Origin: Candidatus Saccharimonadota bacterium
GTDB taxonomy: Bacteria > Patescibacteriota > Saccharimonadia > Saccharimonadales > Saccharimonadaceae
NCBI GenBank assembly: GCA_020160975.1
Contig: JAIUPJ010000001.1
Location: forward strand, 450,001-482,000
DNA: 32,000 bases
Direction: 5' to 3'
The notes under the pieces were generated by a model. The model ran no database searches and was not told where the DNA came from. It was given only the letters and a program-made list of their open reading frames with translations. Within the stretch, counting starts at the first letter, position 1; every line of letters begins with the position of its first letter. A program made the translations under genes and the position numbers. Positions 6,921 through 13,756 of the stretch are shown here, in pieces.

Positions 6921-7667
6921 ATGACGATGACAAATATTATTTCGATCAAAAATTTCCGGATGCAGTTTGGGAAAGCGACGGTTATCAAGGATTTATCTTT
7001 CGATGTGAAGAGGGGTGAGACGTTTGGCTTTCTGGGCAGCAATGGCTCTGGCAAAACCACTACCATTCGCGCCCTACTAGGCATTTATCAGCCGACTAGC
7101 GGCGATCTGCTCATCGACGGCAAGCCCTACACTGTTTCGGGCGATATCAAGCTCGGCTACCTCCCTGAAGAGCGTGGTCTCTACAAGAAAGAGTCGGTAC
7201 TCGACATCATGACCTACTTTGGCCAGCTCAAAGGCATGAGCCGCGCCGATGCACGCAAAGCCTCGCTTGCCTACCTGCGACGCGTCAAACTTGAGGACAA
7301 AGCCACGACGCGGCTCGACAAGCTCTCTGGCGGCCAACAGCAAAAGATCCAGCTTGGCATCACCATCATGGACGACCCCGAACTGCTCATTCTCGACGAG
7401 CCAACCAAGGGCTTTGATCCGGTCAACCGCAAGCTCCTGATGGATATCATTGAAGAGCATCAGGCTAAAGGCGCCACGGTAGTCATGGTGACACACCAAA
7501 TGGAAGAAGTTGAACGTCTCTGTGACCGGATCATCCTACTGAAAGACGGCAAGGCTCATGCGTATGGCACCATCGCAGAAGTAAAGAAGAAGTTTGGCAA
7601 CAAATCTCTCGATGATATCTTCCTCAAAGTCTACGGTGATGAAAACGCTACAGAGGAGGAGGACTAA
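6921..7667 (+). CDS. ABC transporter ATP-binding protein (ABC-2/NatA-like)
   Basis: Walker A GSNGSGKTT, signature LSGGQQQK, Walker B LLILDEP. I prefer the ATG at 6921 (MTMTNIISIKNF) to the track's non-ATG start at 6888, which lies inside the REP hairpin. Confidence 0.9.
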   Translation: MTMTNIISIKNFRMQFGKATVIKDLSFDVKRGETFGFLGSNGSGKTTTIRALLGIYQPTSGDLLIDGKPYTVSGDIKLGYLPEERGLYKKESVLDIMTYFGQLKGMSRADARKASLAYLRRVKLEDKATTRLDKLSGGQQQKIQLGITIMDDPELLILDEPTKGFDPVNRKLLMDIIEEHQAKGATVVMVTHQMEEVERLCDRIILLKDGKAHAYGTIAEVKKKFGNKSLDDIFLKVYGDENATEEED

Positions 7668-7668
7668 C

Positions 7669-8874
7669 ATGCACAATCTTGGAACAGTGATTCGCTTTGA
7701 GATCACTCGCGCACTCAAGAAAAAATCGTTTTGGATTATGGCGCTGGGCTTTCCGATTATGCTGGCAGCAATTTTCGGCATCGTCTTTTTGTCAAACAAA
7801 ACGACCGACCAGGCTGTCAAAGACCTCGAGAAACAGAAGTTCTCCCTCCAAGTCACCGACGAATCAACATTGGTCAATCCTGCACTCCTCACCGCTGTAA
7901 AAGCAACAACAATCACTAACAAGCAACAAGGTATCGACAATGTAAAAAACGGCACAGTAGACGGCTATATTTACTACCCCGCCGACCTCACCAAGCAACC
8001 GATCGAGGTCTATGGCAAAGATGTCGGCATGTTTGACAATGGTCGCTATGAAGGTGTCGCAAGAGCATTGCTACTCAACTCTGTCCAATCGACAGTCAGC
8101 CCGCAGGTCAGCTCGGTAATCCAGGGCAATACCCCGACCAATCTCACAACCTACCGTGGCAGCGAAGTGTACGATCCGCTGAAACAGATGATCATACCGG
8201 GTATCTTCCTGGTGCTGTTCTATATGCTTATCGCCTTCTTTGGAAATCAAATGCTCGTCAGCACGACTGAGGAGAAAGAAAATCGCGTCATCGAAATGAT
8301 TCTCACGACCATCGAAGCTCGCACCTTGATTATCGGCAAGATCATCTCCCTGATTAGCCTCGCATTTTTGCAGGGGCTAGTCATTATTGTACCGGCACTG
8401 GTGGGATACCTACTGTTCCACGAGCAACTCAGCCTGCCGTCATTTGACCTCACCTCACTCCCAGTCGATTGGGGACGTATCGGAGTCGGCGCGCTGATCT
8501 TTGCGACGAGCTTTATCCTTTTCACAGGACTTTTGGTACTGATTGGGTCGTCGGTGCCGACCGCCAAAGAAGCCGGGGGATTCATTGGCATCATCATGAT
8601 GCTGATCTTTGGCCCACTGTACGCAGCGCCGCTATTTATCTCACAGCCAGACAGCCCGTTCGTGCACTTCCTCAGCCTCTTTCCATTCACGGCGCCGATC
8701 CCACTGCTACTGAGAAACGCCGTTGGCAATTTACAGAGCTGGGAGATCATGCTCGCTATCCCTATCATCCTCGTTAGCGCCGTCATCGTGCTCAACCTCG
8801 CCGTGCGCGTCTTCCGCTTTGGCGCACTCGAATACAGCCGCAAGCTGAGTTTGAAAGAGATTTTTGGGAAGTAA
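7669..8874 (+). CDS. ABC-2 type transporter permease (NatB-like)
   Basis: ATG at 7669 is 1 nt after the ATPase stop (MHNLGTVIRFEITRALKKKSFW). One N-terminal TM, a large loop, then a C-terminal multi-TM bundle typical of ABC-2 permeases. The track's 7594 start overlaps the ATPase and is unlikely. Confidence 0.8.
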   Translation: MHNLGTVIRFEITRALKKKSFWIMALGFPIMLAAIFGIVFLSNKTTDQAVKDLEKQKFSLQVTDESTLVNPALLTAVKATTITNKQQGIDNVKNGTVDGYIYYPADLTKQPIEVYGKDVGMFDNGRYEGVARALLLNSVQSTVSPQVSSVIQGNTPTNLTTYRGSEVYDPLKQMIIPGIFLVLFYMLIAFFGNQMLVSTTEEKENRVIEMILTTIEARTLIIGKIISLISLAFLQGLVIIVPALVGYLLFHEQLSLPSFDLTSLPVDWGRIGVGALIFATSFILFTGLLVLIGSSVPTAKEAGGFIGIIMMLIFGPLYAAPLFISQPDSPFVHFLSLFPFTAPIPLLLRNAVGNLQSWEIMLAIPIILVSAVIVLNLAVRVFRFGALEYSRKLSLKEIFGK

Positions 8875-8887
8875 CAGAGGCGGTGTA

Positions 8888-8916
8888 TTGACAAATTTGC
8901 ATTATATTGATATAAT
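8888..8916 (+). promoter_or_regulatory. Consensus sigma70-type promoter for the GC-rich gene at 8973
   Basis: TTGACA (8888-8893), exactly 17 nt spacer, TATAAT (8911-8916). Confidence 0.6.
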
Positions 8917-8972
8917 GTAGAGATTGCTTGGAGTCATAGGGACATACAAGCACGATCCGAAAGGGTGCCATC

Positions 8973-9575
8973 ATGGCAAAAACCACACGTCCCGTCGACA
9001 CCTTCACGGTGCTCGTCGACAGGCTCCCGTTCAGCTGCAGCTACGAGCTGTTCTGCGTGGGTCTCGCCGAGGCCACCATCGGCGGACGGACCTGGCTCAA
9101 CGACCGAGTCGAGCGCGGGAAGGAGAAGCAGGACAGCACCTATGCTGGCCTCATCTTCGATCCGACCGATTCCCTCGGCGGACCGATTGCCGCCATCAAC
9201 CTCGGCAGCAGCGACACGAGTCGGCTGGTGAACGCCGCCGGCAAGGTCGACTGGATGCAGCTGCATCCGGACGTCGACTTCGACCAGGCCTTCACCGAGA
9301 TGCCCTGGCTGATCGGCTCGGGGCAGTTCCTCTACGGGCACGCCACCACACGCTGCGGCTTCCCGGCCGCCGGCTCAGGGCTCAGCGCCAAGGGCGACCG
9401 TCGCATCATGAATGTGATGCTGGAGGTCCTCGCCGACACCGTTCGGCCCGGCATGGTCGAGGCTATGACCGGGCTTCGCGACAACGGCGCCAAGTGGCTC
9501 GATGGTGAGCCTCGGCCCGAGTATGCTGAGATGGCCGACATCTGCCAGGGCTGGCAGACCGTCACGGTCAGCTGA
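8973..9575 (+). CDS. Hypothetical 200-aa protein, strongly GC-rich (compositionally foreign)
   Basis: ATG is preceded by GAAAGGG. Codon third positions are almost all G/C in this frame. The other long ORFs piled on the same interval are Arg/Pro-rich artefacts. No family recognised. Confidence 0.6.
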   Translation: MAKTTRPVDTFTVLVDRLPFSCSYELFCVGLAEATIGGRTWLNDRVERGKEKQDSTYAGLIFDPTDSLGGPIAAINLGSSDTSRLVNAAGKVDWMQLHPDVDFDQAFTEMPWLIGSGQFLYGHATTRCGFPAAGSGLSAKGDRRIMNVMLEVLADTVRPGMVEAMTGLRDNGAKWLDGEPRPEYAEMADICQGWQTVTVS

Positions 9576-9598
9576 CACTCGCACCCGTCCCTACCAAG

Positions 9599-9626
9599 CA
9601 AGGCCGCCCTTCACGGGGCGGCCTTG
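9599..9626 (+). terminator. GC hairpin after the GC-rich gene
   Basis: CAAGGCCGCCC (9599-9609) pairs with GGGCGGCCTTG (9616-9626), an 11-bp stem with a 6-nt loop. There is no T-tract, as in the I-shaped hairpins common in high-GC bacteria. Confidence 0.5.
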
Positions 9627-9756
9627 TCATATACTACTCAGAGAGCGGGATTATCGCTCACAAGCTCGCTCCTCCGTTTGCTTAGAAAAATGAGCAAGCT
9701 AATTTTTCTGCACTACACTACGTCGACCTCCTCGGTTACTCGTCTTACAGGCGAGC

Positions 9757-9788
9757 CCGGGAGTTCGTATCACGCCTATTCTCCGCCA
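9757..9788 (+). pseudogene. Decayed 3' fragment of a tRNA-Ser (T-arm to CCA), non-functional
   Basis: CCGGGAGTTCGTATCACGCCTATTCTCCGCCA compares with the intact gene's CCGGGAGTTCGAATCTCCCTCTCTCCGCCA. The T-stem can no longer pair, and no 5' half lies upstream. Confidence 0.6.
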
Positions 9789-9996
9789 CGAAAAAAGACC
9801 CTAGAAAAGGGGTCTTTTTTCGTGGCGCGATTCTACGCCCGCGCTCGAACCTATTTTAGCGCAAAAGTCTGAAAGGCGGGCGGGGCGACGCCCCGCCCAG
9901 CTGAAAAACCCACCTCCTTTTGATTTCTTTTTTAGAGACTTCCCCCGCCGAGATTTTTTAGGGAGCTGAAAAAGGGGTGGTTTTTTCGGGGTTTGC
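9757..9996. repeat. Left arm of the ~240-bp inverted repeat
   Basis: The plus strand here aligns with the reverse complement of 13270-13505 along its full length, with only scattered substitutions and small indels. It contains an 18-bp-stem hairpin CGCCACGAAAAAAGACCC...GGGTCTTTTTTCGTGGCG and a GGGCGGGGCG.CGCCCCGCCC hairpin. Confidence 0.85.
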
Positions 9997-10267
9997 GTTT
10001 TTATGTAGCGTATATATCGACACACACGCTATCTCATTTTTCTATTCTCACAAATATCACTTTTGTTTCTCTGTTTTTTACCTTTTGCTATGTACTTTTC
10101 TTCTTTTTCTTTTCTCCCTCTCTTTCTATATAAATATAGAGAAGAATAGATGTATCGAGCGGTGGTTTAGTATTGGTGGATGCGTAGTTGTTGGTATGTT
10201 GAGTTGTATTGCTTGTGGTTTGAATTGGTTTAGTGATGTGGTTAAGTGTGAGTAGATAGGAGTAGCT

Positions 10268-11119
10268 ATGAGTGAAGTTGTAGATAAAGTTAAGTATCGA
10301 AGACCGTTGAATAAGCAACAGCTACGAACACTGTTTGTTTTATATTGGTATCGGTTCTGTACGAGTAAGCAGATTGCAATCAGTCTGAAACGGTCAGACC
10401 CGAAAAGCATACAGAACAAGCTCAAGGTTCTGGAAGATCAGGAGTTGATTGGCAAACGTTATGACAAAACCTACAAGCTAGCAGGTCGCCCTGCCGAGTA
10501 TTACATAACGCCAAAGGGTGCAAGAGTACTAGAAAAGGTACAGCCAGACACAACGAACCTGTGGGCAACCAAGAGTTTATACAAAAACAAGACGGTGTCT
10601 AACGAGTTTCTGAAGCATACCGTTACTGTCGTGGATGTGGCACAACGTTTGAGAATACTGTATGGCAACAGGCCGTGGATTCTGCCAAAGAGTTACATAG
10701 CAAAATACAGTTTCTATCCAAAATGGGCACCGGACTTGCATTTCAAGATACCAGCACGGAGCGAGACGCCGACAAAGCACTATTTCGTTGATATATGGGA
10801 CGGCACGAAACCATTCTTCGTCAGCGTTAGGAAAACCAGAAACTACTCCAACTTCAAGGAGAATGGTGATTGGCAAGAAGATGAACCGTACCCTGCAATC
10901 CTCGCGGTATGCGATGATGCCTACACCCAAAAGAAACTCAGCAGACAGATGAAACGGATTCTTGATGATTCGTGGGACGATGATTTAGTATTTGCTACGA
11001 CAACGCGGAAACAGCTCGATGAGGCAACGAAACCAACGGATAAGATATGGCTCCGAGTTAGGCTTGATGATGAGGCGGAACTTGTGAGCCTCAAAGGCCT
11101 TATTACGTATGATGCCTAG
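10268..11119 (+). CDS. Replication-relaxation family-like wHTH protein
   Basis: 283 aa, RBS AGGAG. The N-terminus LNKQQLRTLFVLYWYRFCTSKQIAISL...KLKVLEDQELIGKRY...YYITPKGARVLEK matches the pattern I recall for plasmid replication-relaxation (PF13814-type) proteins. Not verified by search. Confidence 0.5.
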   Translation: MSEVVDKVKYRRPLNKQQLRTLFVLYWYRFCTSKQIAISLKRSDPKSIQNKLKVLEDQELIGKRYDKTYKLAGRPAEYYITPKGARVLEKVQPDTTNLWATKSLYKNKTVSNEFLKHTVTVVDVAQRLRILYGNRPWILPKSYIAKYSFYPKWAPDLHFKIPARSETPTKHYFVDIWDGTKPFFVSVRKTRNYSNFKENGDWQEDEPYPAILAVCDDAYTQKKLSRQMKRILDDSWDDDLVFATTTRKQLDEATKPTDKIWLRVRLDDEAELVSLKGLITYDA

Positions 11120-11138
11120 TTGCACCGCTTGCTCTAAC

Positions 11139-11167
11139 TTGACATAATGAAACAAATGTGCTAGATT
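11139..11167 (+). promoter_or_regulatory. Promoter for the 474-aa ORF
   Basis: TTGACA (11139-11144), 17 nt spacer, TAGATT (11162-11167) with TGC immediately upstream (extended -10). Confidence 0.45.
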
Positions 11168-11202
11168 GAATATAGTTAATTTCAAAACAAAAAACCACCA
11201 CA

Positions 11203-12627
11203 ATGAGCGAAACACTACCTTCACAGCAAAATGAAACTCAAGCCTGGAAACAAGAGCTTCCTCTTCACCGTGAGGTAGCCGGTACACTTCAACCCGGAGA
11301 AACCCTTGCACTTATAGGGTCGTTTGCTCAATCAAGCCTTGAGGCGCGTAAAGAAGAGAGTGAGACTGGTGAATTAAGCGACAGCGATTTCCGCGAAGAA
11401 CAAGTTGTTCATCTTGCGGCACTTCAACAATTATCTACATTAGAGCTTGGTGAGGGACAGACAGTAAACGATGTCATCTATGATCGCCAGAAACAACTAG
11501 AAAGTGCCTTGAGTGATATTGGAGATGATGCTCTTCGTACCGCAGAGAAACACAGATTGAGTGTACAGCTTAAAGGAGTAAAGCTCCTCGATAGTACCTA
11601 CTTGAACGTCATAGATAGTGTCGATAGTCTCGCTACGGCTACTGGAGATGGTAACAAGCGTAATCCTCGAAGTCGCGCAATCGCAATTAATCAGCTGATA
11701 GAACAACACAACGAGCAAGTTTCTCCTAAATCTGAAACAATCGCAGATAGCCCTGAAATGCGTGAGGCACAAGAACGAATCAATGCTCGCTATGAAGAAC
11801 AAGCAAAACAACCACAGCCAACCGAAACAGTCGATGACGCTCGCCAAAAAGTAGCCGAGGTTTTTGGCGATACAGGTGAAAAAGAGCGACAGGCTCTTAT
11901 TGGTGAGGTTGCTCAAGCCGCAAAAGGTGCGACTCGTATTTACACCGATATACCAAAAGATATAATGCTAAAGTCTAATTCTGGCGACTTTCGACCCATT
12001 GACGGCTTTAACTCATTTGGTGATGGCTTACCGCAAGAAAGCCGCCATGTCAGAGAAAAGTTAGAATATGGCGGTTCAGCCGAAGCTTTCCTGTTTGAGC
12101 CCGACACAACCACTCGCTACAAGACAGTTACAAAAACCATCGAAACTGGTGGACGCTTCAAGAAGAAGACTGAACAGGTTCAAGAACAAGTTCCTGATGG
12201 TGAAGTACCGACAATGGTCATGAACCCTGCAACAGGTCAACAAGAACCTGGTGTTAAGGTTGCATATCAATTCAACGGCAATAATCGTAGAGATGGTGCT
12301 CAGACGGCATATTACGAAGGTCCCAAATACACTACGGAAAGCGGACGTGTCGGAAACCAATTATGGATAGAGGCGACCCTGCCAAAATCGGTAGCAGACA
12401 GATTAAAACAAGAAGTAACTAGTAACCCTGAAGTTGCTCATGAGTTTGCAAAAACGCTTGCACTGAACAATGGTATTACGGAACAAGCGTGGAACAATGG
12501 CGTTCAGCCACCTTTCGATAAAGTTCCAAGCGACTGGACTATGGCAGTTGTTGACCTGCAAAAAGATACACAGTACGGTGATGTGCGACACAATGTAGTC
12601 AGTCGGCAGGCTGTAAAGACCCGATAA
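11203..12627 (+). CDS. Hypothetical 474-aa acidic protein (orphan)
   Basis: Long ORF with ordinary codon usage. The N-terminal half is E/Q/D-rich and helical. The C-terminal half is mixed (..YQFNGNNRRDGAQTAYYEGPKYTTESGRVGNQLWIEATLPK..). No motif recognised. Confidence 0.6.
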   Translation: MSETLPSQQNETQAWKQELPLHREVAGTLQPGETLALIGSFAQSSLEARKEESETGELSDSDFREEQVVHLAALQQLSTLELGEGQTVNDVIYDRQKQLESALSDIGDDALRTAEKHRLSVQLKGVKLLDSTYLNVIDSVDSLATATGDGNKRNPRSRAIAINQLIEQHNEQVSPKSETIADSPEMREAQERINARYEEQAKQPQPTETVDDARQKVAEVFGDTGEKERQALIGEVAQAAKGATRIYTDIPKDIMLKSNSGDFRPIDGFNSFGDGLPQESRHVREKLEYGGSAEAFLFEPDTTTRYKTVTKTIETGGRFKKKTEQVQEQVPDGEVPTMVMNPATGQQEPGVKVAYQFNGNNRRDGAQTAYYEGPKYTTESGRVGNQLWIEATLPKSVADRLKQEVTSNPEVAHEFAKTLALNNGITEQAWNNGVQPPFDKVPSDWTMAVVDLQKDTQYGDVRHNVVSRQAVKTR

Positions 12628-12629
12628 TT

Positions 12630-13247
12630 ATGTCTCAAAACCCCGAAACCCACACTTACGACTATGACACCGACTCCAAAGAAGCTGGGTGGGACTCTCC
12701 AGAACGCGTACAAAAATTAGTTGAACCACGAGTTGCCGCTGGTTCAAGAGTCCTGGATATTGGTATCGGTACAGGGTTAGCTGTTAGTGGCTACGCCGAC
12801 AAAGGTGCAACGGTTATCGGACTCGACCACGACCAAGCTATGCTTGATACCGCCCAAACAGTTGTTGGTGAACATGGCTCGCTCTGCCTAGCAGACATTA
12901 ATGGTCAGTTACCTATCAGCGATCTTGAGGGTTCTGTCGATGTCGCTCAAGCGGTGGGCGTACTGGAATTTGCCAAGAATTTACGGAGTGTGTTCGGTCA
13001 GGTCTACGGCAGCCTCAAAGAGGACGGCGTGTTTGCGTTTACTTCAGAGCTTATCGACGGTATACAGACAACCGAGCCAGAAACACACTACGATGACATA
13101 GATGTAACGGTATACCGCCACACACCTGATGAGATAGCAGATTTACTTGAACAAGCTGGATTTCAGCTAGTACATGCAGAGAGTTACGACGGCTATGAAC
13201 GTGGCGGCTCGGCTGTTCCTTACGGTATATTTTTGGCACAAAAATAG
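12630..13247 (+). CDS. Class I SAM-dependent methyltransferase
   Basis: 205 aa. It starts 2 nt after the previous stop. Motif I is RVLDIGIGTGLAV, followed by the acidic loop VIGLDHDQ. It looks like a small-molecule/Methyltransf_11-type enzyme rather than an obvious DNA methyltransferase. Confidence 0.75.
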   Translation: MSQNPETHTYDYDTDSKEAGWDSPERVQKLVEPRVAAGSRVLDIGIGTGLAVSGYADKGATVIGLDHDQAMLDTAQTVVGEHGSLCLADINGQLPISDLEGSVDVAQAVGVLEFAKNLRSVFGQVYGSLKEDGVFAFTSELIDGIQTTEPETHYDDIDVTVYRHTPDEIADLLEQAGFQLVHAESYDGYERGGSAVPYGIFLAQK

Positions 13248-13269
13248 ATGATTCCACCGCTTGCGGTGG

Positions 13270-13505
13270 GCAAACCCCGAAAAACCACCCCTTTTTCCGC
13301 TTCTAAAAAATCTCGGCGGGGGAAATCTCTAAAAAATAGATCAAAAGGAGGTGGGTTTTTCGGCTAGGCGGGGCGACGCCCCGTCCGCCTTTCAAGCTTT
13401 TGCGCTTAAATAGGTTCGAGCGCGGGCGTAGAATCGCGCCACGAAAAAAGACCCCTTTTCTAGGGTCTTTTTTCGTGGCGGAGAGAGGGAGATTCGAACT
13501 CCCGG
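13270..13505. repeat. Right arm of the ~240-bp inverted repeat (overlaps the 3' third of tRNA-Ser(CGA))
   Basis: Its reverse complement aligns with 9757-9996. The outer 30 nt are the real T-arm/acceptor end of the tRNA gene. Confidence 0.85.
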
Positions 13506-13567
13506 TGCAGTTTTAGCCACACACCGCTTTTCGAGAGCGGCACCTTCAACCACTCAGACATCTCTCC
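13476..13567 (-). tRNA. tRNA-Ser (anticodon CGA), CCA encoded
   Basis: Minus strand: GGAGAGATGTCTGAGTGGTTGAAGGTGCCGCTCTCGAAAAGCGGTGTGTGGCTAAAACTGCACCGGGAGTTCGAATCTCCCTCTCTCCGCCA. Acceptor GGAGAGA/TCTCTCC, anticodon stem CCGCT/AGCGG with loop CTCGAAA, a long variable arm, and T-arm GGGAG-TTCGAAT-CTCCC. Confidence 0.9.
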
Positions 13568-13725
13568 GTCTCATTCTATTTTAATACATCTCGAAGTTAT
13601 TGAGGTGATCTACCGACACGTTGTGCCGCAACCACAGCGCTCCGCTGTGCCACTGGCACATGCTCGCTATTTCCGCTAGAGACTATTCTCGACAGCAAGC
13701 TGTCTGCGAGTAGCCTTTCGCTTCA

Positions 13726-13738
13726 CAGACATCTCTCC
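13726..13738 (-). repeat. 13-nt exact copy of the tRNA-Ser 5' end (GGAGAGATGTCTG)
   Basis: Identical to 13555-13567, in direct orientation 171 bp upstream of the real tRNA 5' end. A weaker resemblance continues for about 12 more nt. Confidence 0.6.
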
Positions 13739-13756
13739 ACTGCGTAAATTATCCAA

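Noticed and set aside
7536-8894. Antisense ORFs inside the ABC-2 permease (7536-7955 -, 8247-8894 -). The same applies to antisense or alternative-frame ORFs inside nrdA, nrdB, valS, tsaD, the metallophosphoesterase and the MacB-like genes
   Set aside because: They are fully embedded opposite to, or out of frame with, strongly supported conserved genes. They have no RBS and no recognisable motifs.
8924-9601. Stack of overlapping long ORFs (8924-9508 +, 8934-9341 -, 8965-9231 +, 9332-9601 -, 9375-9584 -) on the first GC-rich island
   Set aside because: Their products are Arg/Pro/Gly-rich, they lack RBSs, and they are out of phase with the G/C third-position periodicity. They are the expected stop-codon-depletion artefacts of high-GC DNA. 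Only 8973-9575 has a start context and a sensible protein.
9627-9790. Possible tmRNA or intact tRNA on the plus strand ending in ..TTCTCCGCCA
   Set aside because: The T-stem cannot pair (CCCGG..TCACG). There is no matching 5' acceptor strand, D-arm or tag-peptide frame, and the region is far too short for tmRNA. I interpret it as a decayed tRNA-Ser 3' fragment belonging to the inverted repeat.
9624-10425. ORFs 9624-9872 +, 9801-10025 -, 9977-10255 +, 10088-10318 - and 10126-10425 - in the repeat arm and ori-like block
   Set aside because: They lie in hairpin-rich repeat DNA or in extremely biased T/C- or G/T-only sequence, giving low-complexity products (poly-F/L/S or K-rich). None has an RBS.
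9757-13505. Classical integrase-mediated genomic island in tRNA-Ser with attL/attR
   Set aside because: The att-type duplications of a tRNA 3' end should be direct repeats and usually come with an integrase next to the tRNA. Here the copies are inverted, extend ~200 bp beyond the tRNA, and no integrase is present. I kept it as a non-canonical element instead.
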